A stretch of 37,696 bases of DNA from a virus (lineage: Duplodnaviria; Caudoviricetes). The position numbers and the translations under genes are program-made. Below the pieces are notes generated by a model that saw only the letters and a list, made by a program, of their open reading frames with translations, searched no databases and was not told the origin of the DNA. Below, one piece after another: positions 1 through 7,925 of this stretch (position 1 is its first letter; every line of letters starts with the position of its first letter). The stretch covers positions 1 through 37,696 of IMG/VR virus record IMGVR_UViG_3300021090_000069; one strand, 5' to 3'.

Positions 1-156
1 CGTGCAGCGCAGCTCGTTTATCAACAGCATCTTCAGCGGCGTCGCAAACGACAGCCGGGTAAACCCCTGCGTCCGCGTCAGATGCTCCGCCGCCGTAGTC
101 TTCCCCACCCCCGAGGGCCCCACAAACCCAAGGACCAGCCTACCCATGCTCGTCAT
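1..156 (-). CDS. Deoxynucleoside monophosphate kinase-like protein, N-terminal part (continues across the origin into 37687..37286)
   Basis: My translation from ATG at 156: MTSMGRLVLGFVGPSGVGKTTAAEHL...RLSFATPLK...ELRCT. It has a P-loop (GPSGVGKT) and the SFAxPLK motif, and its ATG overlaps the stop of 153..431 (ATGA). Confidence 0.88.
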   Translation of the reverse strand, partial: MTSMGRLVLGFVGPSGVGKTTAAEHLTRTQGFTRLSFATPLKMLLINELRCT

Positions 157-431
157 TGCCTTTTCACCATCGCCCCGCCATCCTCCCGAGGGTAAAACGT
201 CACGTCGATGTTATGCAGATTAAAATTCCTCCCGTCCGCAATCGCCTCCACCAGCGCCGCCTCGATGTTCTTCTCCGTGAAATACTCTCCCCTGTCCCAG
301 CCGTCGGCCCGGCCCCAGGCGTAGACAATCAGGTGCGACAGCAGCAGAAACAGCAACGACAAAACCAACACCACCTGCCTGTTCAGCACAGCCCGCCTGA
401 CCCTGTAATAATTCGTCAACCCCTTGTTCAT
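153..431 (-). CDS. Small single-TM membrane protein, hypothetical
   Basis: Hydrophobic stretch VVLVLSLLFLLLSHLIVYAW; coupled to neighbouring genes. Confidence 0.7.
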   Translation of the reverse strand: MNKGLTNYYRVRRAVLNRQVVLVLSLLFLLLSHLIVYAWGRADGWDRGEYFTEKNIEAALVEAIADGRNFNLHNIDVTFYPREDGGAMVKRQ

Positions 432-904
432 AATGCCCTCCCCTCCAGCTTGCCGATAGTCAAAATGGCAAGATCGATCGCAATAATCTCCCCCTGAAGT
501 TCATCCTTTCTCATCAGCAGTTTTTCAATTATGTCGGGCTGATACTTCTCCGGCTTGACGGCTGCCTGGCCTTTCGCCTTCAAAACTGACGGCTGCTTGT
601 TGATTGCTGAGAGCTTCCCCTTCTTTTCCACCGTCGCCGTCGCCTTGCCATACGGCGCCTTGCCGTGGACCTTCGTGTAGCACGCATAACAGAGCCCCTC
701 CTTCTGTACCGGCCTGCCGCATGGTTTCCCTTCAATCTCGTTCTTGCATCCTATCGCCATCTTCTCCTCCTTCTCCTTACTCAGTGAACTCTTTACTTTG
801 CCGTTTGTGTGTGCCACCGTTTCGTTCAGGACATTGAACTTCTCGCAGATGATGCACACCCCGCTGCCGTTGTTCGTCTGCCTGCCGCACCCGCACCGTG
901 TCAT
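428..904 (-). CDS. Cys-rich (Zn-finger-like) hypothetical protein
   Basis: Two Cys clusters (CGCG...CIIC; C...C...CYAC), SD GGAAGG, ATGA overlap with the next gene. Confidence 0.65.
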   Translation of the reverse strand: MTRCGCGRQTNNGSGVCIICEKFNVLNETVAHTNGKVKSSLSKEKEEKMAIGCKNEIEGKPCGRPVQKEGLCYACYTKVHGKAPYGKATATVEKKGKLSAINKQPSVLKAKGQAAVKPEKYQPDIIEKLLMRKDELQGEIIAIDLAILTIGKLEGRAL

Positions 905-938
905 GCCTTCCCCCTATTCAACATCCTGCATTCAACAT

Positions 939-1166
939 TCAACATTTGTTTCCTGCCTTCCTCTTCATCCCCGCCCGGTACCGCATGCGCTTCAGCCTCC
1001 TCTTCCTCAGCAGCTCCCAGACATGCGCCGCCCACACCTTGCACGCCTCAAACTCCCTCACCACCTCCGCCTGCTCGATCTTCCTGCAGAGCTCCGGATA
1101 TCCAGGAGAGGAGGGGGGCGTCCCGCCAGGAGGGGTCGGGACGCCCTGGGGAAAAACTTTTTTCAT
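939..1166 (-). CDS. Small basic hypothetical protein
   Basis: ATGA overlap with the upstream gene; Arg/Lys-rich C-terminus. Confidence 0.55.
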   Translation of the reverse strand: MKKVFPQGVPTPPGGTPPSSPGYPELCRKIEQAEVVREFEACKVWAAHVWELLRKRRLKRMRYRAGMKRKAGNKC

Positions 1167-1780
1167 GCCGCGAGCCTTTTAAATTCAATCACCCATACCC
1201 ACGGGTTAACGTCCCACCCGAAGCCGCGCCTTGCATTGATCGAGTCCCACAAATCTTTATATAGACTCACTAATGTTCTGCCTCTTTCCGCTATCACCCC
1301 TTCATCTCTTGCGTCTTCCCATGTAATCTCCTGCACCCTCTCGACGCGGATATCGGTGATTTCGAGAGCGATCCGTGAGGCCCATCGAGGCATGAAGATA
1401 GAGGGGATACGCTTAAAAAAGAAATCAGACTTTTCCAGCGCCGGCGCATTCCCTAGACTCGGAGTAAAAACATTTCCGGACTTCGATATCCACCCGCTCT
1501 CCCTCACCCACAGGCGATCACCAGGAGAACCGAATGGACATTTCCACGAGCCTGTAGACATTCCAGGAATACTAAAAATCCAATGTACCCCATCAAGGCT
1601 GAATTTCCCATTTTTGGCATTCCATGTTTGACCCGTACTAGGGCAATATGTCATGGCGGGGTTGCCGTTGAACCCTATCAGCTCAGGCTGCGGCTTAATC
1701 ACCCTTCTCGTCTGCGTCTTTCTGCCGTCGAGGATCGCCTGGACCATCGGCGTAGAAAATAAAATCGGTCGCTCCTTCAT
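1163..1780 (-). CDS. Phage ASCH/PUA-like domain protein
   Basis: Hallmark MKERPILFSTPMVQAILDGRKTQTRR, CPFG..GDRLWVRE, PSIFMPRWASRI, NPWVWVIEF. Confidence 0.85.
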   Translation of the reverse strand: MKERPILFSTPMVQAILDGRKTQTRRVIKPQPELIGFNGNPAMTYCPSTGQTWNAKNGKFSLDGVHWIFSIPGMSTGSWKCPFGSPGDRLWVRESGWISKSGNVFTPSLGNAPALEKSDFFFKRIPSIFMPRWASRIALEITDIRVERVQEITWEDARDEGVIAERGRTLVSLYKDLWDSINARRGFGWDVNPWVWVIEFKRLAA

Positions 1781-2232
1781 TCTTCCTCACCCGAATACAT
1801 TCCAGGCTCGAAACGTGATTTATTTTTCATGACGCATGCGGTAAGTGCGCGTTCTAATGACCAGTTTTTTAACCTTTTGTAAAGATTGCCCTCACTTGTG
1901 CCGATCTTTTTCGCCCATTCTCTCAGTAACATCGACTCGCCATTGTATGAAAGAAGTCTATTTGATCTTCTATTTCTTGCGTTTTCAGTCCGAGTAACCC
2001 ATCGACAATTTTCAGGGGAGTAGCCTTTATGATTGTCAATGCGGTCAATTTCTTTTCCAATTGGAGTCAATCCCATATCACGCAGGAAATTATTAAAATC
2101 ATTCCAGGAGTCACAAATTGTTAATCCCCTACCGCCGTAATTTTTATAACTTTTATCGGTCGGATTTAGACATCTTGAAAGCATATGTTTCCAACATTGA
2201 TAAGTTTTCGTACGCTGATTGTATTTACGCAT
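1777..2232 (-). CDS. HNH endonuclease (phage free-standing type)
   Basis: W..M..RC.NP....Y..YGGRG..IC..W and IDRIDN.KGYSPENCRW motifs; likely start MRKYN at 2232 with SD GAGG; AT-richer than its flanks. Confidence 0.88.
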   Translation of the reverse strand: MRKYNQRTKTYQCWKHMLSRCLNPTDKSYKNYGGRGLTICDSWNDFNNFLRDMGLTPIGKEIDRIDNHKGYSPENCRWVTRTENARNRRSNRLLSYNGESMLLREWAKKIGTSEGNLYKRLKNWSLERALTACVMKNKSRFEPGMYSGEEE

Positions 2233-2410
2233 TGCTTTCCTCTTCAAGGTAGACATCTGGATCAAATTTATGGAGATGAACAGCCCTGGCAATTTCTACG
2301 CGGATACGGTGATTAAGTTCTTTTTTCTCATCGTTAGATATTTTCTCCACCATTTCCTTTAGTGTCGGGGTGATCCGTAGATTAAAAATCTCTGTTAATT
2401 TCTCTGACAT
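2225..2410 (-). CDS. Small DNA-binding protein, ribbon-helix-helix-like (first clear gene of the early operon)
   Basis: Alternating strand IFNLRI followed by two helices (TPTLKEMVEKI; LNHRIRVEIARAV); SD GGAG. Confidence 0.6.
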   Translation of the reverse strand: MSEKLTEIFNLRITPTLKEMVEKISNDEKKELNHRIRVEIARAVHLHKFDPDVYLEEESNA

Positions 2411-2508
2411 AAGCTCTCCGTAAAACGATGTTTTACTTTGTTTTCATTGAAGGACAAAAAATTTTTCAATAAGGTAAAGCTATGAGAAAAATAAATGAAA
2501 CACATTGA

Positions 2509-2583
2509 TGGCGGGTTGCAGGCCGAGCCTTCCTGCATTACGGTGACGTTATTCACCGAGCCTGTCCTCTGGGCTTCCCCGCC
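2509..2583 (-). ncRNA. Putative 75-nt cloverleaf structured RNA in the early leader
   Basis: Closing stem GGCGGG/CCCGCC with three arms: AGCC/GGCT, CGGTGA/TCACCG, TGCAGG/CCTGCA. Confidence 0.5.
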
Positions 2584-2587
2584 CCTG

Positions 2588-2663
2588 AAAATAAAAAGGC
2601 CTGCAGTACTTTGGAGTGAGATCGTGGCTGACGACTTTTCTCCATCGTATCTTCTGCAGGCCT
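2588..2663 (-). terminator. Long imperfect hairpin followed by a U-tract (terminator or attenuator)
   Basis: AGGCCTGCAG...CTGCAGGCCT 10-bp stem with nested TGGAG/CTCCA and TCGT/ACGA stems, then TTTTATTTT. Confidence 0.55.
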
Positions 2664-2734
2664 CCCCGTGTAGGGACTTGATGCGTCTGGCGCAATTTTT
2701 GTTTTTCATGATCAGCCATGATCTCATGTCTCAA

Positions 2735-2764
2735 AGCATACTGCGTACATATGTACGTTGTCAA
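2735..2764 (-). promoter_or_regulatory. Early leftward sigma70 promoter with an operator in the spacer
   Basis: TTGACA-N18-TATGCT; perfect 14-bp palindrome CGTACATATGTACG at 2744-2757. Confidence 0.75.
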
Positions 2765-2765
2765 G

Positions 2766-2863
2766 CGTATCTATTGTCCGGTACTGCTGGAATATCGTCT
2801 CTTTGTACGTTTTTTAGCGTATTATCTCTACCGTATTGATAATTACGCTGATTATCGTATTAT
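2766..2863 (+). promoter_or_regulatory. cI promoter and additional operator-like CGTA..TACG sites
   Basis: TTGATA(2836)-N16-TATTAT(2858); CGTATTGATAATTACG at 2832-2847 and CGTCTCTTTGTACG near 2796. Confidence 0.5.
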
Positions 2864-2869
2864 TTCACT

Positions 2870-3271
2870 ATGTCGAGGAGTGCATTTATGGACCGCCTGA
2901 ACGATCTGATCATTAAACGGCGCGTCACAAATTATCGCATGGCGAGAGATCTCGAAATCTCCGAAGGCGCGGTGCGCTCATGGCGCAAAGGCCGCACAGA
3001 GCCCAAAGGTAAGAACCTGCAACGCCTCGCAGAATACCTTGGTGTCAGTGCCGCGTGGTTGCTTTACGGCGAAGAGAGCAGCGCTTCTCATGCCCATGGA
3101 GAACTGACCTATATCTTCAGGCAAACAGAGGATTTCATCAAGGAACATCCGGAAGCGACGACGTATATTGAGAACATGCTTAAAGGCGTCATACGGGGTG
3201 GAGACTTTCCGGAAAATCGTCGCGCTGCCGTTCCTGCGCCTAAGCAAAAGAAACGCCAGAAGTCCGCCTAA
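2870..3271 (+). CDS. cI: CI-like XRE helix-turn-helix repressor
   Basis: HTH: MARDLEISEGAVRSWRKGRTEP..LQRLAEYLGVSAAWLLYG; divergent from the early operon; no S24 peptidase domain seen; alternative start at 2888 with SD GAGGAG. Confidence 0.88.
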   Translation: MSRSAFMDRLNDLIIKRRVTNYRMARDLEISEGAVRSWRKGRTEPKGKNLQRLAEYLGVSAAWLLYGEESSASHAHGELTYIFRQTEDFIKEHPEATTYIENMLKGVIRGGDFPENRRAAVPAPKQKKRQKSA

Positions 3272-3296
3272 GCTGGAAGAACAACTGGAGGGGATA

Positions 3297-3698
3297 ATGA
3301 GAACTATATTGACAGTGATATTAATTCTCGGACTTACTGCAGCCGTCGAAGCTTCTTCCCTTTTTGATAACTGCGGGGACTCGATAAGCAAATTACAGCA
3401 GTTAACCGCGAGCATCTGCAATTATCGTGAGAAGATGATCTCTGCTGTCGATAATTATGAAGTTCTCAAAATACGCCTCAGTCTCTGCAAGGGTCGCAAG
3501 AATCCTAATTGTATCGATGAAGTGAATAAAACGTTTGAAGCCGTGGAGATATACCAGAAGTATAATCGCAAACTCATGTGGGATCTGGCACAATTACAGA
3601 AGCTGATTACGTACTTGCAGGAGCAATGCAAGCATGATGCAGATGAGACTGTAAAGGATATGATGGATGCCGCTGATGTGTACAAAAACGTTAAATAA
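3297..3698 (+). CDS. Secreted helical protein with signal peptide, co-transcribed with cI and int
   Basis: Start MRTILTVILILGLTAAVEA with SD GGAGG; five Cys; coiled-coil-like. Confidence 0.7.
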   Translation: MRTILTVILILGLTAAVEASSLFDNCGDSISKLQQLTASICNYREKMISAVDNYEVLKIRLSLCKGRKNPNCIDEVNKTFEAVEIYQKYNRKLMWDLAQLQKLITYLQEQCKHDADETVKDMMDAADVYKNVK

Positions 3699-3701
3699 CT
3701 A

Positions 3702-4772
3702 ATGTCCATCTACCGGCGGGGGAATTCCTGGTACATAGACATCATCATCCGGGGGCGGCGCATCAACCGCAAGGCCGGCGACAACCGCGAGCAGGCCCGC
3801 ATGACAGAGGCCGAGCTCATCACCCGCTTTAAAAAGAAAACCTTCGACCTCCCGTCCGACGCCCCCAGGGTCCCCTTTCCGCTTGCAGCCGAAGCCTACC
3901 TCGAACACTGCAAGGCGACCCTTTCCCCGCGCACCTATGAGCTGGAGCATACCGATTACAAAAAGCACCTGCGCCCCTGGTGGGACCTCCACTTCATCGG
4001 AGAGATCAATAACGACCTGCTCCTGCAGTTCCAGGCCATCCAGAAAAAAGCAGGCCTTGCCAACCGCACCGTCAACATCCATATGGCCCTGCTCCGCAAG
4101 ATTCTCCGCCATGCAGAGTCCGTCTACAACTACAGTCCCCGTCGTCCGCTCCGTTTCCCCATGCTCATCGAGGCCACCAAAACCCATGCCTTCCTCACGC
4201 CCTCAGAACTGCGTAGATTCATCGCAGGCTTCAGGGACGACCTTGCACTCAAGCGGACCCTCTTCGGCCTCACCACGGGGCTCAGGCCGAAGGAGCTGGC
4301 CTATTTACAACCCGCCGACATTAGTTTGGAGATGTCCTCCGTCCGCGTCCGCTCCAAGCCCCCCCACTTCATCATCAAGACAAAGCAGGAGCGCACCGTC
4401 CCGCTCAACAAAACCGCCGTCGACGTCCTCAAGAGCATCGACCTCAAAAACCGCCGCTGGGTATTTTCCGACTCGGCAAGGCCCGTGCTCAGCACCCGCC
4501 GGGCGCTCCGCACCGCCGCAGCCGCGGCCAAGATCAAGAGGCCCGTCACCCCCAACATGCTCCGGCACACCTTCGCCACGCACCTCCTTATGCACGGCGC
4601 CGATATCAAATCCGTCCAGGAGCTGCTTGGCCACGCCTCGATCGACACCACCATGCGCTACGTCCACGCCGTCAAGGAGCAGCTGAAAAAAGCAGTGCAT
4701 TTAATGGAGATCGGCCCCAGTTGCCGCCCCGCTCCCGACAAGTCCCGACACCCCCGCAAACCCCGCACATAA
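3702..4772 (+). CDS. int: Tyrosine integrase
   Basis: TGLRPKEL (R), KTKQER (K), LRHTFATHL (the usual H of HxLRH is N here), LLGHASIDTTMRY (H, Y); N-terminal arm-binding-like domain. Confidence 0.95.
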   Translation: MSIYRRGNSWYIDIIIRGRRINRKAGDNREQARMTEAELITRFKKKTFDLPSDAPRVPFPLAAEAYLEHCKATLSPRTYELEHTDYKKHLRPWWDLHFIGEINNDLLLQFQAIQKKAGLANRTVNIHMALLRKILRHAESVYNYSPRRPLRFPMLIEATKTHAFLTPSELRRFIAGFRDDLALKRTLFGLTTGLRPKELAYLQPADISLEMSSVRVRSKPPHFIIKTKQERTVPLNKTAVDVLKSIDLKNRRWVFSDSARPVLSTRRALRTAAAAAKIKRPVTPNMLRHTFATHLLMHGADIKSVQELLGHASIDTTMRYVHAVKEQLKKAVHLMEIGPSCRPAPDKSRHPRKPRT

Positions 4773-4803
4773 AAAAACCCTGCGGATTGGCTCCCCGCAA
4801 GGC
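4771..4803 (-). terminator. Rho-independent terminator downstream of the tRNA 3' fragment
   Basis: Minus strand CCTTGCGG-loop-CCGCAGGG followed by TTTTTTT. Confidence 0.75.
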
Positions 4804-4809
4804 TTTATA

Positions 4810-4859
4810 TGGTCGGGGCGAACCGATTTGAACGGTCGACCACTCGCACCCCAAGCGAG
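4810..4859 (-). other. attP core: 3' part of tRNA-Pro(GGG), from the anticodon arm to CCA
   Basis: Minus strand CTCGC-TTGGGGT-GCGAG TGGTC GACCG-TTCAAAT-CGGTT CGCCCCG ACCA; 5' acceptor strand and D-arm absent; directly after int. Confidence 0.9.
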
Positions 4860-4957
4860 ATGGTCACCATAATATTATGCCGTTAAATCAGTGTGTTAGG
4901 TGCTGTGCTCAGGGCCGGAAGCCTGCCGAAGTCCCGACATTTCCCCGACATTAATTT

Positions 4958-6067
4958 TCAGTATTCCCAGCCGGTCACGTAAATCTGCGCCTTTGTGCCT
5001 GCGTTTGTCGTCTTGTAAGCCAGCTTTGTGTACAGCGTCGTGTCAATAATCTCAGACTTGGCGGGCACGCGGAAACTGCCGTAGGCTGCAGGATACCCTG
5101 AGGTCCCCTTTCCGATTGCCTGCGCACACATCCCATTGTGTGCGGCAACATAGATTACCCCGGCGGCAGAAGCATAATCGGCATATCCATAGCCGCTCAC
5201 CATCTTCGCCGTCCGGGGGATAATGCTTTTTATATCTACCGGCAGATAGTCTGTGCTGACTCCATCCGTCACCGCCTGCGCATCCTCCCGCATAACCACG
5301 TTGTCTCTCTGTTCAATGGTGATAAAGGTCTCTGCCCCGTCCAGCCAGTTTGCTCCGACGTAAAATTGATAGGTGTAGCCGGAGGGTAAGGTCGGCGCCG
5401 TTGCGGATACTGAGGCCAAACCCGCCAGTACCCCGGTCGCAGGATTGTAGATCAGCCAGATATGAATCCATTTGCTCGCGCCTTTTACCCCTGCAGCGTC
5501 AGGGCCGTTCGCCCCTATTGCAGCATCCAGATCAACGGTCACCGCAGGGGAGACGCCAGGAAGTGACACGCTCACGATCGTCCCTGTTGCACTTTTAAGG
5601 GTTACCCGCCCAAGGGTGTTAAAATCCCCATACATTTCCCCCCATACATACATTTTGGCTGCTGCGGCGGTGCTCATGACCAATCCGGTTGCCGTCCATC
5701 CATGCGGGACGGCAACCGCCCGGTCTATATCCCTTTTGAGCTGCTGGGTCTGCATGACGATGCGGTCCAGATCATCATCGAGTGTCTGCGCAATCAGGTC
5801 CCCGTTTTCGGCATAGTCTGTCTCGCGGTTATACGGCACTTCCCGGTAGAGTTCAACCGTCCCGGTTGGGTTGACCACAAAGGTGACATTGCCGCCGCCT
5901 GCGGCGCCTATGCCCGATAGCGCGTAATGCGTGGTAAGCGTCTTGACCACTCCCGCGACCTTCACCACGATGTCTGCGGCCCCGACGATCTTGAACGGGT
6001 ATGCAAACGTGGGAACCGTCCCGTTGGCGTTGTAGCTGATGTACGTCTCTTGTTCCAATAATGGCAT
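4958..6067 (-). CDS. Tail fibre / adaptor protein with T7 gp17-like N-terminal domain
   Basis: YNANGTVPTFAYPFKI...D..V; R.TDY.ENGDL.A.TLD.DLDRI.M..QQ motif typical of podovirus fibre N-termini. Confidence 0.85.
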   Translation of the reverse strand: MPLLEQETYISYNANGTVPTFAYPFKIVGAADIVVKVAGVVKTLTTHYALSGIGAAGGGNVTFVVNPTGTVELYREVPYNRETDYAENGDLIAQTLDDDLDRIVMQTQQLKRDIDRAVAVPHGWTATGLVMSTAAAAKMYVWGEMYGDFNTLGRVTLKSATGTIVSVSLPGVSPAVTVDLDAAIGANGPDAAGVKGASKWIHIWLIYNPATGVLAGLASVSATAPTLPSGYTYQFYVGANWLDGAETFITIEQRDNVVMREDAQAVTDGVSTDYLPVDIKSIIPRTAKMVSGYGYADYASAAGVIYVAAHNGMCAQAIGKGTSGYPAAYGSFRVPAKSEIIDTTLYTKLAYKTTNAGTKAQIYVTGWEY

Positions 6068-6081
6068 AATGCCCTCCTTTT

Positions 6082-7782
6082 CTACCTTCCGTTGTAGTCA
6101 ACCTTAACTTCATACGTGCCGCCGAACTGCCGCCACTCCTGCCGTGGCTGCGCCTGCGGGATGTTCCCCGCCCCTATATCCTTTACCACCTTGCCGATCT
6201 TCACCGGCAGCATGCTGATGCAGCCCTCGCCCGCGTCCAGCAGGTCGTCAGGCTGGTTCATTTTTGACGGTATCCACTCACGCATCTGCGGCGCCAGGTT
6301 TTCGAATACAGATTCATGCACGTGCAGGAACTGGCCGGACAGCGCAGGCTCAAACGCCTTCAGGATGCGGTTCGCCTTGTTCTCCTTCTCGTCCATCTCT
6401 GCGACGCCGCACTGCACGCCGCGCTCCTTCAACACGCGCCTGAGCACTGCAGGCAGAAATCCGCCTACGCCCTTGGTCTTGATCGTGACGGACGGCAGTT
6501 GGTATTCGATCACCCGGTCGACGATCGCCGCGCACTGCTCGAAGACCTCACCCATCAGGACATCCAATACCTGCCAGTACATGTGCCCGGTCTCGGTCTG
6601 AAACATTACGGCAAACGCGCTGTCGTCGCTGTCGGCCTTGCCCAGGGAGCAGTCCCAGCAGGCCCGCGCCCCGGTCAGTTGTATATGCTCCTCCAGCATC
6701 ATGGCAATGGCGTTGTTGGCGCAGCGGATCTCCGGCTTTGAGGCGTAAACCAGGAGCCGGTCAGGGTCCAGCCTCACCTCATGCACCGGCTTGGCTATTA
6801 AGCGGTACTGCGAGTCCCAGGCATTGAGCGTGCGGCATTCCTTGCGCTTCCTGCCGATCTCCTCCCGCGTGAACCGCTCAGCCCATACATTGCCGGCGGC
6901 GATGTCAATGACCGTGCCCTCTGTCGGCCTCTCATACAGTCTCACATATCCCCCTTTACTTCCTGGCGTGAGCTGAAGCTCATATTCATGAGGGTCCAGC
7001 ACCCGCGCCCCTCTGCCGATGCCGATCATCACGTAGAGGTCGGATTCATCAAAATCGAAATGGAACTCGGCCCTGCCGCCGATCGCCTCATGTCTGATAT
7101 ACCGGCTGAAGAGCGGGATGGTCAGGCTGTCATACCCGTTTTTGATCTTGTCGTCATAAATGCTGTCATGCGTATGCGGCGTGCCTACGTACAGGATCTT
7201 GCCGCCCGGCACGATAATATGGATTTCCTCCTGAAGCCGCTGCAGCAGGGTAATGCGTTTGTCCGGCGTGATGTTGCCGGGGACTTCAACGTCGTCGTTA
7301 ATGATCTCGTCCGCGCGGGATGACGTCGCGTTAGACAAAATGCCGTAGGCAGTCAGGGACGCATTGCGCTTGTCGGGGTTGCCGATGACGCTAAACCGCT
7401 TGGCGCCTGTCTGGTTCGGCAACAGGCCGCGGCAGAGCGGGTGCATCCTCAGGATGTGCTCCGTGTCCGCAGTCAGCTTCGAAGCCGTGCTGTCGTCTGC
7501 CGAGCGGTCGATGATCCTGTGGCGGTAGTCCTCTCTGAACCGCCAGGACTGGTAAACGCCCAGGATTGTGGACTTTGAGCCGCCCCTGAAGACCTGCAGC
7601 ACACCTTCAGGCCCCCTGTTTTCCAGCCAGTCGCAGATGGTCTCATGGAACGCCGGCACCTTCCACCCCTGGAATTCCGCCCAGAGCAGGAAGAACGCCT
7701 TGAAACTGATATAGGGCCGCTTTGGTATCGCCCTCGCCACTACTGCGGTCTCCAGCGGTGCGAGCATTTTTGGCACCTGCAC
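6082..7782 (-). CDS. terL: Terminase large subunit
   Basis: Walker A VFRGGSKST, Walker B IINDDVE, motif III VGTP, nuclease WDCS...DDSA and PDDLLDA. Confidence 0.92.
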   Translation of the reverse strand: MQVPKMLAPLETAVVARAIPKRPYISFKAFFLLWAEFQGWKVPAFHETICDWLENRGPEGVLQVFRGGSKSTILGVYQSWRFREDYRHRIIDRSADDSTASKLTADTEHILRMHPLCRGLLPNQTGAKRFSVIGNPDKRNASLTAYGILSNATSSRADEIINDDVEVPGNITPDKRITLLQRLQEEIHIIVPGGKILYVGTPHTHDSIYDDKIKNGYDSLTIPLFSRYIRHEAIGGRAEFHFDFDESDLYVMIGIGRGARVLDPHEYELQLTPGSKGGYVRLYERPTEGTVIDIAAGNVWAERFTREEIGRKRKECRTLNAWDSQYRLIAKPVHEVRLDPDRLLVYASKPEIRCANNAIAMMLEEHIQLTGARACWDCSLGKADSDDSAFAVMFQTETGHMYWQVLDVLMGEVFEQCAAIVDRVIEYQLPSVTIKTKGVGGFLPAVLRRVLKERGVQCGVAEMDEKENKANRILKAFEPALSGQFLHVHESVFENLAPQMREWIPSKMNQPDDLLDAGEGCISMLPVKIGKVVKDIGAGNIPQAQPRQEWRQFGGTYEVKVDYNGR

Positions 7783-7925
7783 CAGTCTCCCGGCTCCTGC
7801 TCATACTCCGGACAGCCGCATAAAGGACAGAGATCGCCCTCTCGGGCGGTCAAAAACGTTGAGTCGTTGAGTCGTTGAGTTGTGCCTTTCCCACTCAACC
7901 ACTTGACTACTTGACTATTTGACAT
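7740..7925 (-). CDS. Small Zn-ribbon protein whose N-terminus is encoded by octamer repeats
   Basis: CPLCG...CQKC; SD GGAGG; TAATG context. Confidence 0.5.
   Translation of the reverse strand: MSNSQVVKWLSGKGTTQRLNDSTFLTAREGDLCPLCGCPEYEQEPGDWCRCQKCSHRWRPQ

Larger units (their letters stand above)
4732..4950. repeat. Integrase arm-type sites: two pairs of direct (T/C)CCCGACA repeats flanking the att core
   Basis: CTCCCGACA-AGTCCCGACA at 4732-4750 and AAGTCCCGACAT-TTCCCCGACA at 4929-4950. Confidence 0.7.

Noticed and set aside
744-1631. 295-aa plus-strand ORF, and similar long plus-strand ORFs at 14206..15090, 24274..24990 and 32871..33710
   Set aside because: Antisense shadows of well-supported minus-strand genes in GC-rich sequence.
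2509-2583. Canonical tRNA gene
   Set aside because: No TTC T-loop, no 7-nt anticodon loop, and the CCA lies within the stem; kept only as a structured RNA candidate.
2395-2764. cro gene (ORFs 2395..2727 and 2549..2764)
   Set aside because: No HTH pattern and no convincing SD; the region is dominated by RNA hairpins. Not fully excluded.
4810-4885. Complete tRNA-Pro gene
   Set aside because: The 5' acceptor strand (expected CGGGGCG) and D-arm are missing; it is better explained as the attP core.
6895-7100. Intein in TerL
   Set aside because: Too short, and it lacks the N-terminal Cys/Ser block and the C-terminal His-Asn followed by Cys/Ser/Thr.
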